64,000 nt of DNA from an uncultured Actinomycetes bacterium. Lineage in GTDB: Bacteria > Actinomycetota > Acidimicrobiia > Acidimicrobiales > CADCSY01. The translations under genes and the position numbers were made by a program. Below the pieces are notes generated by a model, which was not told the DNA's origin, did not search any database, and saw only the letters and a program-made list of their open reading frames with translations. Shown one piece after another: positions 27,953 through 37,954 of this stretch (within the stretch, counting starts at the first letter, position 1; the number at the start of each line of letters is the position of its first letter). Location: the NCBI GenBank assembly GCA_963743945.1, contig CAVURO010000002.1, positions 19,433 through 83,432 of the forward strand, given 5' to 3'.

Positions 27953-28759
27953 ATGAGCACTGAGGTCCAGATCCGACAGGCGGCCACCGTCATGTTGGTT
28001 CGCGACGGCGATGATGGCCTCGAGGTCTTCATGTTGCGGCGAAACTTGAACTCCGATTTCGTCGGCGGCGCGTATGTGTTTCCCGGTGGGGCCGTTGATC
28101 CGGATGACAGTCACCGTGATCTCGAGGCCATCTGCGAGGGGTTGAGTGATGCCGAGGCAGCGACGCGTCTGGATCTCGACCCCCCGACCGGAGGCCTTGC
28201 CTATTGGGTGGCAGCCATACGGGAGTCGTTCGAGGAGGCAGGCGTGTTGCTCGCCTACACGGCGGACGGAGCGATCATCGACCTGCACGACCCGGCCACC
28301 GCCGAGCGGTTCGTGTTGCATCGCAAGGCCGTCGACTCGTCGGAACGGTCTCTTTTCGACGTCTGCGTCGAGGAAGGTTTGCGTCTGGCGGTTGACGGCA
28401 TCCAGTACTTCAGTCATTGGATCACCCCCGAGGGACCGCCACGCCGCTACGACACGCGCTTCTTCGTCGCGCGGGCGCCGGAGCGCCAGTCGCCGCTTCA
28501 CGACGACCGCGAGACCATCGCGAACATCTGGGTCCGTCCGTCCGATGCGCTCGATCGCCATCGTCGCGACGAGCTGGAACTGATCTTTCCCACCATCCGC
28601 AACCTCGAGGCGATTGCGGACTATCGGTCGGCTGATGAGTTGTTGGAGGCGGCGGCCAAGGAGCGGAACATTGCCGCAATCCAGCCTCGCATCGTGATGG
28701 ACGAGAGCGGCGTGCACATCCTCATTCCGGGTGACCCGGGCTACCACGAAGCGGGTTGA
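27953..28759 (+). CDS. NUDIX hydrolase
   Basis: Nudix box region GGAVDPDD...AAIRESFEEAGVLL. Confidence 0.85.
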   Translation: MSTEVQIRQAATVMLVRDGDDGLEVFMLRRNLNSDFVGGAYVFPGGAVDPDDSHRDLEAICEGLSDAEAATRLDLDPPTGGLAYWVAAIRESFEEAGVLLAYTADGAIIDLHDPATAERFVLHRKAVDSSERSLFDVCVEEGLRLAVDGIQYFSHWITPEGPPRRYDTRFFVARAPERQSPLHDDRETIANIWVRPSDALDRHRRDELELIFPTIRNLEAIADYRSADELLEAAAKERNIAAIQPRIVMDESGVHILIPGDPGYHEAG

Positions 28760-28766
28760 GGCCATC

Positions 28767-29585
28767 GTGTCCACCATGATCGTCGGCGTCGCCTCGGCAG
28801 TGAGCCCATTGGTGCGACGCATCGTGGCGCCGAATCCCGGTGTCATGACCGGTCCCGGGACCAACACCTATCTGGTGGGTATCGACGAGGTCGCGGTGAT
28901 CGACCCCGGTCCGGCGGACGATTCGCACCTCGAGGCCATCGTGGGTTGCGGGGGCGATCGCATTCGCTGGATCCTGTGCACCCATACGCATCCGGATCAC
29001 GCGCCCGGCGCCGCCGGCCTGCGGGAACGCACCGGGGCCGAGGTCATGGCCTTCGACAGTCGCGACGGACTGGAGATCGATCGAGCGCTGCGCGACGGCG
29101 AGGTCCTCGAGGCAACGGAATTTCGCCTCACGGCTCTGCACACACCAGGTCATGCCTCCAATCACCTCTGCTATCTCCTCGAGGAGGAGGCGCTCCTGTT
29201 CTCGGGCGATCACGTGATGAACGGTTCGACCGTGGTCATCGCGCCGCCGGACGGTGACATGGCTGCGTACCTCCGCGAGCTGGAGCGCCTGAGGAAGATG
29301 CGCCTGCGCGGCATCGCCCCCGGCCACGGCGAGGTCATCGCCGAGCCCAAGGTCGTGCTCGATCAGTACCTGACCCATCGACATGCGCGTGAGACCGCGA
29401 TTGCGGCGGCTCTCGTCGGTCGTGGCAGCGCCACCATCGAAGAGCTTGTCAAGGACGTCTACGTCGATGTTCCCGAGGCCCTGCACCCGATTGCTCAGTT
29501 CTCGGTGTGGGCACACCTGGAGAAGTTGGCCGGCGAGGGTCATGCCTCGGGCGCCGGTCTCGACGGAACCTGGCTGGCGACCTGA
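28767..29585 (+). CDS. MBL-fold metallo-hydrolase (Rv3677c-like)
   Basis: THTHPDHAPG (HxHxDH) plus downstream TPGH and GDH metal ligands. GTG 28767 or ATG 28776 just after the Nudix stop. Confidence 0.88.
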   Translation: MSTMIVGVASAVSPLVRRIVAPNPGVMTGPGTNTYLVGIDEVAVIDPGPADDSHLEAIVGCGGDRIRWILCTHTHPDHAPGAAGLRERTGAEVMAFDSRDGLEIDRALRDGEVLEATEFRLTALHTPGHASNHLCYLLEEEALLFSGDHVMNGSTVVIAPPDGDMAAYLRELERLRKMRLRGIAPGHGEVIAEPKVVLDQYLTHRHARETAIAAALVGRGSATIEELVKDVYVDVPEALHPIAQFSVWAHLEKLAGEGHASGAGLDGTWLAT

Positions 29586-29626
29586 GCGCCGAGGCGACCT
29601 TTCGGCCTGGTCCGAGTGGGCCGAGC

Positions 29627-31093
29627 ATGAGCGTTGCCGGGGCAGCGGAGCTTCTCCGCCTTTCCGAACAAGGGGTCATGGCCTTGCACGAGGGCGGCTA
29701 CCTCGAGCGATCCGAGGGCGTGGAGGGGGACGTGCCGACCTTCCTCGTTCGTGACGTCAAGGCGTTGTCCGCTCGTCTGACCGGCAAGGTCGAGGACGAC
29801 GTGACCGATGAGGACCGGTCGGAGCTCGACTTGTTCGACGAGCTCGAGATGGCGGCATCGGCGCCTGCCGATCTCACGATTCTGGTCAGCTTGTTGCACG
29901 AGCAGGCGGGGGAGATGGCCGCAAAGGCCTATACGAGCCTGTGCCGTGTGTACGAGCCGGCAAGGGGCTGGACGATGGAGCAGCGCGCTCGGTTCATCGA
30001 GCAGACCCGGTCTCGTTTCGAGGCGATCTTCGCCATGGTGATCGCCGGTGACGACATCGACCTGGCCGGCGAGCTGGGTGAGGTGGGAGCCATGGCCGCC
30101 AGGTCGGGTTCGTCGCTACCCGAGTTGCTTGCGACGCTTCGCATCTCGCGCGACCTGGTCGTCGAGGCAGCCATCGAGTTGCTGGAGATGAGCCATCAAC
30201 AGTGGAGCGAGGCCTTCCTGGCGTTGGTGACCCGCATCCTGCCCACCATCGACGGTCTCACCGACGCGATCTCGAGGGGCTACTGGACGGCCTTGATGGC
30301 CGCTGACCGTGATGCCCTCGCATCGCTGCGGCATGAGGCGGCGTTCGCTGCCGATGCGGCTTACGTGTTGGACCTCGATGGTCAGATTCGCGGCGCCAAT
30401 CCCACGTTGGCGGTCCTGGTGGGTTGGCCGCTGGCGACGTTGCCCGGCGTTTCGCTCGCCGATGTCTTCGTTCCCGTCGAAGCGGCGAACGCCATCGAGC
30501 GCCTCATGGCCGACGCAAGTGCCCAGCTCGTGACGCTGCAGGTCACCAGGCCCGATGGCGTGGCGAGGCGATTGGCCATCGGGACTTCGGTGCGCCGTGA
30601 TGGCCATGGGGAGGCGATGGCCTTTCACGGCGTGGTCCGTGACGTGAGCTGGGTGGACCACTGCGACGGTTTGTCCCCAGAGGACGTCGCTCTGCTTGCG
30701 ACCCCTTCCGTGCCCCTGCTGTTCGACCTGGCCGAGGTCGTGAGAGATGCGCTCGGCGCGACCGTTGGGGAGCGCTCTGCCCTCCTCCCCACTCACGTGA
30801 CGGCGATCGGTGATCCAGAGGTGGCCAAACGTGTGCTCCTCGGCCTTTTGGCCGTTCTGGAGGACCAGGCGTTGCGCATCGTGTCGGTGGAGGCCGAGAA
30901 CGATGAATGGTGGGTGAGCATTCGCTTCCTGGTCGACGGCGTGACGCGGGCGGTTGAAACCGACCTTCGCACCGCGAGGCTGTTGGCCCAGGCCCAGGGC
31001 GGGAACCTGCGCTACGAGGACCCGCGCTCGTCGGCGGCCGTCGGTCAGGCCTGCCTTCTCGTCACGCTCCCGAGCCCCTCGCTGATCCGATAG
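29627..31093 (+). CDS. HTH (excisionase/MerR-like) - helical - PAS - degenerate HATPase-like multidomain protein
   Basis: N-terminus MSVAGAAELLRLSEQGVMALHEGGYL is HTH-like. PAS-like core AADAAYVLDLDGQIRGANPTLAVLVGWP. The C-terminus resembles a kinase ATPase domain (DPEVAKRVLLGLLAVLED...AQAQGGNLRYE...LLVTLP) without the N-box Asn or the G2 box. No H-box is seen. Confidence 0.6.
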   Translation: MSVAGAAELLRLSEQGVMALHEGGYLERSEGVEGDVPTFLVRDVKALSARLTGKVEDDVTDEDRSELDLFDELEMAASAPADLTILVSLLHEQAGEMAAKAYTSLCRVYEPARGWTMEQRARFIEQTRSRFEAIFAMVIAGDDIDLAGELGEVGAMAARSGSSLPELLATLRISRDLVVEAAIELLEMSHQQWSEAFLALVTRILPTIDGLTDAISRGYWTALMAADRDALASLRHEAAFAADAAYVLDLDGQIRGANPTLAVLVGWPLATLPGVSLADVFVPVEAANAIERLMADASAQLVTLQVTRPDGVARRLAIGTSVRRDGHGEAMAFHGVVRDVSWVDHCDGLSPEDVALLATPSVPLLFDLAEVVRDALGATVGERSALLPTHVTAIGDPEVAKRVLLGLLAVLEDQALRIVSVEAENDEWWVSIRFLVDGVTRAVETDLRTARLLAQAQGGNLRYEDPRSSAAVGQACLLVTLPSPSLIR

Positions 31094-31198
31094 CCGGCCC
31101 GGAGCACAGGGTCCAGGCGGTGCCGGCCGTGCTGTCGCTGCGCGATCGCAGGCCCTTCGCGATGCACGCCCTGCGAGTCCAGTTACAGAGGCACCCAT

Positions 31199-31227
31199 AA
31201 AACTTGAGTTGGAAGCACTCAAGTTTT
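31199..31227. promoter_or_regulatory. HAIR operator (HspR-associated inverted repeat) of the dnaK operon
   Basis: AAAACTTGAGT-TGGAAGC-ACTCAAGTTTT. The core is a perfect match to CTTGAGT-N7-ACTCAAG (31203-31223). A TAGAGT -10-like hexamer lies at 31251-31256, and hspR is encoded in the same operon. Confidence 0.9.
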
Positions 31228-31297
31228 GTGTTGATTTGAGTTGATGGTGCTAGAGTGGGACTCGTTCACCCGCACAAACGAATCCCCGGAGGCTCTC

Positions 31298-33142
31298 ATG
31301 GCCAAGGCAGTTGGCATCGATCTCGGCACGACGAACTCAGTCGTCAGCGTTCTCGAGGGTGGCGAACCCACCGTCATTCCCAATGCGGAAGGGGCCCGCA
31401 CGACCCCCTCGGTCGTTGCCTTCGCGAAGAACGGCGAGGTGCTCGTCGGCGAGGTCGCAAAGCGTCAGGCGATCACCAACCCCGAGCGCACCATTCGCTC
31501 GGTCAAGCGCCACATCGGCACCGAGTGGTCGATCGACATCGACGACAAGAAGTACACCTCTCAGGAGATCTCGGCCCGAGTGCTCCAGAAGCTCAAGCGT
31601 GACGCCGAGGCCTATCTCGGCGACACGGTGACCCAGGCGGTCATCACCGTCCCCGCCTACTTCAACGACGCCCAGCGCACCGCCACCAAGGAGGCGGGTC
31701 AGATCGCGGGTCTCGAGGTGCTTCGCATCATCAACGAGCCCACGGCGGCGGCGCTCGCATACGGGCTCGACAAGGAGGGAGCGGACGACCACACCATCCT
31801 GGTCTTCGACCTCGGCGGCGGCACCTTCGACGTGTCCGTGCTCGAGATCGGCGACGGCGTCTTCGAGGTGAAGTCGACCCATGGCGACACCAGCCTCGGT
31901 GGTGACGACTGGGACCAGCGCATCATCGACTGGCTCGTGCAGAGCTTCAAGGCCAAGGAGGGCGTCGATCTCGCCGCTGACAAGATGGCCACGCAACGCC
32001 TCAAGGAGGCTGCCGAGAAGGCCAAGATCGAGCTCTCATCGGTGCAGTCGACGCAGATCAACCTGCCCTTCGTGACCGCGACCTCCGAGGGTCCCAAGCA
32101 CCTCGACGAGACCCTCACGAGGGCGAAGTTCCAGGAGCTCACCGCCGATCTGCTCGAGCGCTGCAAGGTTCCCTTCGAACAGGCCATCAAGGACGCCGGG
32201 CTTTCCAAGGGCGACATCCATCACATCATCCTCGTGGGCGGCTCCACCCGCATGCCCATGGTGACCGAGCTCGTTCGCGATCTGACCGGTGAGGAGCCTC
32301 ACAAGGGTGTCAACCCCGATGAGGTCGTTGCGGTCGGCGCAGCGGTTCAGGCGGGCGTGCTCAAGGGCGATGTGAAGGACGTCCTGTTGCTCGACGTCAC
32401 GCCCCTGTCGCTCGGCATCGAGACCAAGGGTGGCGTCATGACCAAGCTCATCGAGCGCAACACCACGATCCCGACTCGTCGCACCGAGGTCTTCACCACG
32501 GCCGATGACATGCAGCCGAGCGTGGAGATCCACGTGCTGCAGGGTGAGCGTGAGATGGCCATGTACAACAAGACGCTCGGCAAGTTCCAGCTCGTCGATC
32601 TTCCCCCCGCCCCCCGTGGTGTTCCCCAGATCGAGGTGACCTTCGACATCGACGCCAACGGCATCGTGCATGTGTCGGCGAAGGATCGGGCGACCAGCAA
32701 GGAACAGTCCATGACCATCACCGGTGAGTCGTCGCTGTCGAAGGACGACATCGACCGCATGGTGCGGGACGCCGAGGCTCATGCCGAGGAGGACCGCCGG
32801 CGCCGCGAGGAGGCAGAGGTTCGCAACAGCGCCGACAGCTTGGTCTATCAGACCGAGAAGGTGCTGCGTGAGCACGGTGACAAGATCGACGGCTCGGAGA
32901 AGGACGCCGTCGAGTCGGCGTTGGCGGAATTGAAGGAGGCGGTTGCGGGCAGCGACATGGAGCGCATTCGCAAGTCGACCGAGGCCCTGATGGGGGCGAG
33001 TCAGGGCTTCTCGCAGAAGCTCTACGAGGCCGCAGCCCAGGACGGTGCAACAGGTGACGCCGCAGGCAGCGCCGACGGTGCGATGCCAAACGACGACGAG
33101 GTCGTCGATGCCGAGATCATCGACGAGGACCACTCGGCATGA
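31298..33142 (+). CDS. dnaK: Molecular chaperone DnaK (Hsp70)
   Basis: [24 protein letters not shown] and a C-terminal acidic tail. ATG follows CCGGAGG. Confidence 0.98.
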   Translation: MAKAVGIDLGTTNSVVSVLEGGEPTVIPNAEGARTTPSVVAFAKNGEVLVGEVAKRQAITNPERTIRSVKRHIGTEWSIDIDDKKYTSQEISARVLQKLKRDAEAYLGDTVTQAVITVPAYFNDAQRTATKEAGQIAGLEVLRIINEPTAAALAYGLDKEGADDHTILVFDLGGGTFDVSVLEIGDGVFEVKSTHGDTSLGGDDWDQRIIDWLVQSFKAKEGVDLAADKMATQRLKEAAEKAKIELSSVQSTQINLPFVTATSEGPKHLDETLTRAKFQELTADLLERCKVPFEQAIKDAGLSKGDIHHIILVGGSTRMPMVTELVRDLTGEEPHKGVNPDEVVAVGAAVQAGVLKGDVKDVLLLDVTPLSLGIETKGGVMTKLIERNTTIPTRRTEVFTTADDMQPSVEIHVLQGEREMAMYNKTLGKFQLVDLPPAPRGVPQIEVTFDIDANGIVHVSAKDRATSKEQSMTITGESSLSKDDIDRMVRDAEAHAEEDRRRREEAEVRNSADSLVYQTEKVLREHGDKIDGSEKDAVESALAELKEAVAGSDMERIRKSTEALMGASQGFSQKLYEAAAQDGATGDAAGSADGAMPNDDEVVDAEIIDEDHSA

Positions 33143-33696
33143 GTGAGACCAACCCGGTTCCCGATGATCGATCGGGTGAGGACGCCCTCGGTGGCATCGC
33201 GGATCAGGCGGGCGACGAGGATCGCCAAGCGGTCGCCGACGGGGACGACCCCGTCGGCGAGGATCTCTCGCCGCTCGAGGTGATGTTGGCCACGCTGACC
33301 GCCGAGCGGGATGACTATCTCGCCTTGGCACAGGCCAAGCAGGCGGAGTTCGAGAACTACCGCAAGCAGATGGCCAAGCGTCAGATCGAGATGGTCGAAC
33401 AAGCCGCGGCCGGTCTGGCCGAGAAGATGCTTCCCGTGCTCGACGCGCTCGATGCGGCGCTCGCACATGGCGACGACTCGCTGGAGGCTGTTCGTCTCCA
33501 ACTGATCGACATCCTGGGGAAGGAGGGCCTCGTTCGCATCGTGCCGACGGGAGAGCCCTTCGACCCTGCCACACACGAGGCCGTCATGCACGAAGAGGGC
33601 GACGGCGGTGACCCGGTCGTGAGCGAGACGCTTCGGCCCGGTTACGGCTGGCGCGGGCGTCTGATCCGAGCGGCCATGGTGCAGGTGCGCGGGTAG
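33139..33696 (+). CDS. grpE: Nucleotide exchange factor GrpE
   Basis: ATGA overlap with dnaK. Coiled-coil region then a GrpE C-terminal beta domain ([15 protein letters not shown]). Confidence 0.93.
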   Translation: MSETNPVPDDRSGEDALGGIADQAGDEDRQAVADGDDPVGEDLSPLEVMLATLTAERDDYLALAQAKQAEFENYRKQMAKRQIEMVEQAAAGLAEKMLPVLDALDAALAHGDDSLEAVRLQLIDILGKEGLVRIVPTGEPFDPATHEAVMHEEGDGGDPVVSETLRPGYGWRGRLIRAAMVQVRG

Positions 33697-33699
33697 GGC

Positions 33700-34827
33700 A
33701 TGGCTGCGCAGCGGGAGTGGTTCGAAAAGGATTACTACAAGGTGCTCGGCGTTTCCGAGACGGCAACCCCGAAGGACATCACCCGCGCCTACCGCAAGCT
33801 TGCCCGCGAGACCCATCCCGACGCCCATCCGGGCAAAGAGGACCGATTCAAGGAGATCTCCACCGCCTACGACGTCGTCGGCGATCCTGACAAGCGAAAG
33901 GAATACGACGAGGTCCGTAGGCTCGGCCCTGCGGCGGCAGGATTCGGTGGGCAGGGATCACCCTTCGGGGGAGGAGGCGGCGGCTTTCGCGTTGACGATC
34001 TCGGCGATCTCGGGGACATCTTCGGGGGCCTCTTCGGCCGGGGTGCCGGCCGTTCCGGTCCGAGTCGTGGCACCGGACCCCAACGTGGCAGCGATCTCGA
34101 GGCCGGCCTGCACCTCTCGTTCAACGATGCCGCCGTCGGCGTGACCACAACGGTGAACGTCACCAGCGAGACCCGGTGTTCCACCTGCCGGGGGACCGGC
34201 GCCAAGCCCGGAACCATGCCCAAGGCCTGCCCTGTCTGCGGCGGTCGTGGGGCAATCGACGAGAACCAGGGGCCGTTCAGCTTCTCCGCTCCGTGTGCAA
34301 ACTGTGCAGGACGGGGCAAGGTCGTGGACGCGCCCTGTCCCACCTGTCGGGGAGCGGGCGTCGAGCACCGGCCCCGTTCGGTCAAGGTTCGCATCCCGGC
34401 AGGTGTCGCCGACGGTCAGCGCATTCGACTGAAGGGCAGGGGCGAGCCAGGTCGTCACGGCGGTCCCGCCGGCGACCTTCACGTCGTGGTCCACGTCGCG
34501 ACTCATCCGCTCTTCGGACGCGTCGCAAACAATCTCACGCTCAACGTCCCGATCACCTATCCCGAGGCGGTGCTGGGCGCCGACATCACGGTCCCGACCT
34601 TTGACAATGGCACGGTTACCCTGCGGGTCCCTGCCGGTACTCGCTCGGGCCGTACATTCCGCGTGAAGGGCAAAGGCATTCCGGGTGCCCGGGGCGAGCT
34701 CGGTGATCTGTTGGTGACCGTTGAGGTGACGGTACCCGTCGAGCTGTCCGAGGGAGAGCGCAAGGCCGTTGAGGCGCTTGCTGCGGCAAGTGAGCATGCA
34801 TCACCTCGCGGATACCTGGGGGTGTAG
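33700..34827 (+). CDS. dnaJ: Co-chaperone DnaJ (Hsp40)
   Basis: J domain with HPD, Gly-rich linker, four CxxCxGxG zinc motifs. Confidence 0.96.
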   Translation: MAAQREWFEKDYYKVLGVSETATPKDITRAYRKLARETHPDAHPGKEDRFKEISTAYDVVGDPDKRKEYDEVRRLGPAAAGFGGQGSPFGGGGGGFRVDDLGDLGDIFGGLFGRGAGRSGPSRGTGPQRGSDLEAGLHLSFNDAAVGVTTTVNVTSETRCSTCRGTGAKPGTMPKACPVCGGRGAIDENQGPFSFSAPCANCAGRGKVVDAPCPTCRGAGVEHRPRSVKVRIPAGVADGQRIRLKGRGEPGRHGGPAGDLHVVVHVATHPLFGRVANNLTLNVPITYPEAVLGADITVPTFDNGTVTLRVPAGTRSGRTFRVKGKGIPGARGELGDLLVTVEVTVPVELSEGERKAVEALAAASEHASPRGYLGV

Positions 34828-34830
34828 GTC

Positions 34831-35244
34831 ATGTCTGTTCGTGGTCGACGTTCCGATGATCGGGATCGCGGTCGCGCGGTGTTCGTGATCTCGGTGGCCG
34901 CCGAACTCGCCGGCGTGCATCCCCAGACGCTGCGCATCTATGAACGGAAGGGTCTGCTTGATCCGGCTCGCACCGGTGGGGGTTCACGGCGCTACAGCGA
35001 GGGTGACATCGAGCGACTGAATCGCATTCAGGACCTCACGCAGGAGGGCCTCAATCTGGCAGGGGTGAAGCGGGTGCTCGATCTCGAGGTGGAGCTGGGC
35101 GCGTTGCGTGCCGAGCTTGCCCTCGCCCGCGCCGAGGCAGCCGAGGCAGTCGAGAGCACCCATCGCAGCTACCGCCGCGACCTCGTGCCGGTTTCCCAGG
35201 CGATGGAGCTCTACGTGCAACGTCGCCGATCCGGACGACGATAG
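34831..35244 (+). CDS. hspR: Heat-shock repressor HspR (MerR family)
   Basis: FVISVAAELAGVHPQTLRIYERKGLLDPARTGGGSRRYS. Located after dnaJ, as in other actinobacteria. Confidence 0.93.
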   Translation: MSVRGRRSDDRDRGRAVFVISVAAELAGVHPQTLRIYERKGLLDPARTGGGSRRYSEGDIERLNRIQDLTQEGLNLAGVKRVLDLEVELGALRAELALARAEAAEAVESTHRSYRRDLVPVSQAMELYVQRRRSGRR

Positions 35245-35271
35245 AGACACAAGGAGAGGGGACCAGGAGCG

Positions 35272-37755
35272 ATGGCCGTTGACCCAGAACGCTGGACCGT
35301 CAGAACCAAGGAGGCTTTCGGTGAGGCCGTCGATGGCGCCCGTGCCGAGAACCATCCGGAGGTCACACCCGATCACCTCCTGGTGGCGCTGTTGAACCAG
35401 CGCGACGGCGTGGTGACCCCGCTTCTCCAGAAGGTGGGGGTCGACCCGGCGATGCTCGGGAGTGCCGCGGGTGAGCGACTGGCGAAGCTTCCCCGTGCGC
35501 AGGGCTCGGAGGCGGCGATGAGTCGCGACCTTCGAGCGACCCTGGAGCGTGCCGACAAGGCCCGTGTCGACCTTCACGACGACTATGTGTCGACCGAGCA
35601 CGTGATGCTCGCCATGTCGGAGCTGATCAAGGTCACCACCGAGGAGCTGCTCGAAGCCCTTCGCTCGGTGCGTGGCAGCCATCGTGTCACGAGCCAGAAT
35701 CCCGAGGAGAGCTATCAGGCGTTGGAACGTTACGGCCGTGACCTCACGGCTGCGGCACGTGACGGCAAGATCGACCCGGTCATCGGTCGTGACGACGAGA
35801 TTCGTCGGGTCATTCAGGTGCTGTCCAGACGGACCAAGAACAACCCGGTGCTCATCGGCGAACCCGGGGTGGGCAAGACCGCCATCGTCGAGGGGCTCGC
35901 CCGGCGCATCGTCGAGGGTGACGTGCCCGAGAGCCTCAAGGACAAGCGACTGATCTCTCTCGATCTCAGTGCCATGGTGGCGGGCGCCAAGTACCGCGGT
36001 GAGTTCGAGGAACGCCTCAAGGCAGTCCTCAAGGAGATCACCGATGCAGGTGGCGAGGTCATCACCTTCATGGACGAACTGCACACCATTGTCGGCGCCG
36101 GCGGGTCCGAGGGGTCCATGGATGCCGGAAACATGATCAAGCCCATGCTGGCGCGTGGCGAGCTGCGCATGATCGGCGCCACCACCCTCGACGAGTTTCG
36201 GAAGTACATCGAGAAGGACGCCGCGCTCGAGCGCCGATTCCAGCAGGTCTTCGTGGGCCAGCCCTCGGTCGAGGACACCATCGCCATCCTTCGAGGCCTG
36301 AAGGAACGCTACGAGGTACATCACGGTGTCCGCATTCAGGATGCAGCGTTGGTCGCCGCCGCCGTCTTGTCCGATCGCTACCTGACCGGCAGGTTCCTCC
36401 CCGACAAGGCGATCGACCTCGTCGACGAGGCCGCCTCCGCCCTGCGCATCGAGATCGACTCCATGCCGACCGAGATCGATGTGGTGGAGCGACGGATCCG
36501 CCAACTGGAGATCGAGCGTGTGGCCCTCGCGAAGGAGACCGACCTCGCCTCGACGGAGCGACTCGACCTTCTCGATCGGGAACTGGCCGATCTGCGTGAG
36601 CAGTCATCCGCCATGAAGGCCCATTGGGAGACGGAGAAGGCCGCCATTGCGGCGATCCGCAGCCTCAAGGAGGAGCTCGAGTCCAAGCGCATCGAGGTGG
36701 AGCGCCTGGTCGATCTCGAGAAGGCCGCCGAGATTCGGTATGGGCAGATCCCCGAACTCGAGCGCCAACTGGAGGTCGCCGGAAACCACCTGGATGCCCT
36801 CCAGTCGACGCAACGCATGTTGAAGGAGGAGGTCGACGAGGAGGACATCGCCGAGGTCGTCAGCAAGTGGACCGGCGTGCCGACGGCAAGGCTGATGGAG
36901 GGGGAGATCCACAAGCTCGTCCGCATGGAGGACGTGCTCCATCAGCGTGTGGTGGGCCAGGACGAAGCGGTGACCGCGGTCGCAAACGCCATTCGTCGCA
37001 GTAGGGCAGGCCTGTCGGACCCCAACCGTCCGATCGGCTCGTTCCTGTTCCTCGGCCCGACCGGCGTCGGCAAGACCGAGCTCGCCCGCTCGTTGGCAGG
37101 CTTCCTCTTCGATGACGAACGGGCGATGGTCCGCATCGACATGTCCGAGTACATGGAGAAGCACTCGGTCAGTCGCCTGATCGGCGCGCCCCCCGGCTAC
37201 GTGGGCTACGAAGAGGGCGGCCAACTGACCGAGGCGGTGCGCCGCCGGCCCTATGCAGTGGTTCTGCTCGACGAGATCGAGAAGGCACACGGCGACGTCT
37301 TCAACGTGTTGCTGCAGCTGCTCGACGACGGCCGACTCACCGATGGACAGGGTCGCACCGTCGATTTCACCAATGTCGTGTTGATCATGACGTCGAACCT
37401 TCCCGGCGATCCCGCCGACTACTTCCGTCCGGAGTTCATCAATCGGATCGATGAGATCGTCCGGTTCCGTTCCCTGACCGAGGGGGATCTCGTGCAGGTG
37501 GTCGAGATCCAACTCGACATCCTCCGGGATCGGATGGCCGCGCGACGACTGGCTCTCGAGGTCACGGATGCGGCACGCGCCAAACTGGCCTCCCTGGGCT
37601 ACGACCCCGCATTCGGGGCCCGGCCATTGAAGCGGCTTCTGCAACGCGCGATCAGCGACCCGCTGGCACGGGCACTTCTGGAAGGCCATTACGGCGAGGG
37701 TGACACGGTCGTCGTCGACGTTGCCGACGGGGAGATCGTGTTGACCCGATCCTGA
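35272..37755 (+). CDS. clpB: ATP-dependent disaggregase ClpB
   Basis: Two AAA+ modules ([18 protein letters not shown]) with a coiled-coil M-domain. AAGGAGAGGGG lies upstream, and the gene starts only 27 nt after the hspR stop. Confidence 0.96.
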   Translation: MAVDPERWTVRTKEAFGEAVDGARAENHPEVTPDHLLVALLNQRDGVVTPLLQKVGVDPAMLGSAAGERLAKLPRAQGSEAAMSRDLRATLERADKARVDLHDDYVSTEHVMLAMSELIKVTTEELLEALRSVRGSHRVTSQNPEESYQALERYGRDLTAAARDGKIDPVIGRDDEIRRVIQVLSRRTKNNPVLIGEPGVGKTAIVEGLARRIVEGDVPESLKDKRLISLDLSAMVAGAKYRGEFEERLKAVLKEITDAGGEVITFMDELHTIVGAGGSEGSMDAGNMIKPMLARGELRMIGATTLDEFRKYIEKDAALERRFQQVFVGQPSVEDTIAILRGLKERYEVHHGVRIQDAALVAAAVLSDRYLTGRFLPDKAIDLVDEAASALRIEIDSMPTEIDVVERRIRQLEIERVALAKETDLASTERLDLLDRELADLREQSSAMKAHWETEKAAIAAIRSLKEELESKRIEVERLVDLEKAAEIRYGQIPELERQLEVAGNHLDALQSTQRMLKEEVDEEDIAEVVSKWTGVPTARLMEGEIHKLVRMEDVLHQRVVGQDEAVTAVANAIRRSRAGLSDPNRPIGSFLFLGPTGVGKTELARSLAGFLFDDERAMVRIDMSEYMEKHSVSRLIGAPPGYVGYEEGGQLTEAVRRRPYAVVLLDEIEKAHGDVFNVLLQLLDDGRLTDGQGRTVDFTNVVLIMTSNLPGDPADYFRPEFINRIDEIVRFRSLTEGDLVQVVEIQLDILRDRMAARRLALEVTDAARAKLASLGYDPAFGARPLKRLLQRAISDPLARALLEGHYGEGDTVVVDVADGEIVLTRS

Positions 37756-37954
37756 TCGAACGTGCACGTTACGTGAGAGGTGTTCTAGTATTTGCCATTG
37801 GTCGGCACTCGACGTGACAAATATCACAACGTTAGGGTGAGTGTCTCCACAGGTATCACCGGTACGAGAGTCGAACTCTTGTCGAGTATCAAAGTCCGAT
37901 TTGCGAAATTTGTGCATTTCTCTCGAGAGATGAAACGAAGGAGGCCAGAGGCCA

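Noticed and set aside
31235-31255. Second HAIR-like element TTTGAGT-N7-GCTAGAG downstream of the perfect one.
   Set aside because: Only the left arm is convincing; the right arm matches 4 of 7 positions. It is mentioned in the findings as a possible degenerate site but not called as a feature.
37759-37770. 12-bp perfect palindrome AACGTGCACGTT four nt after the clpB stop.
   Set aside because: It is too short and has no loop to act as a terminator, and I found no second copy in the window. It could be chance or a binding site, but there is not enough support.
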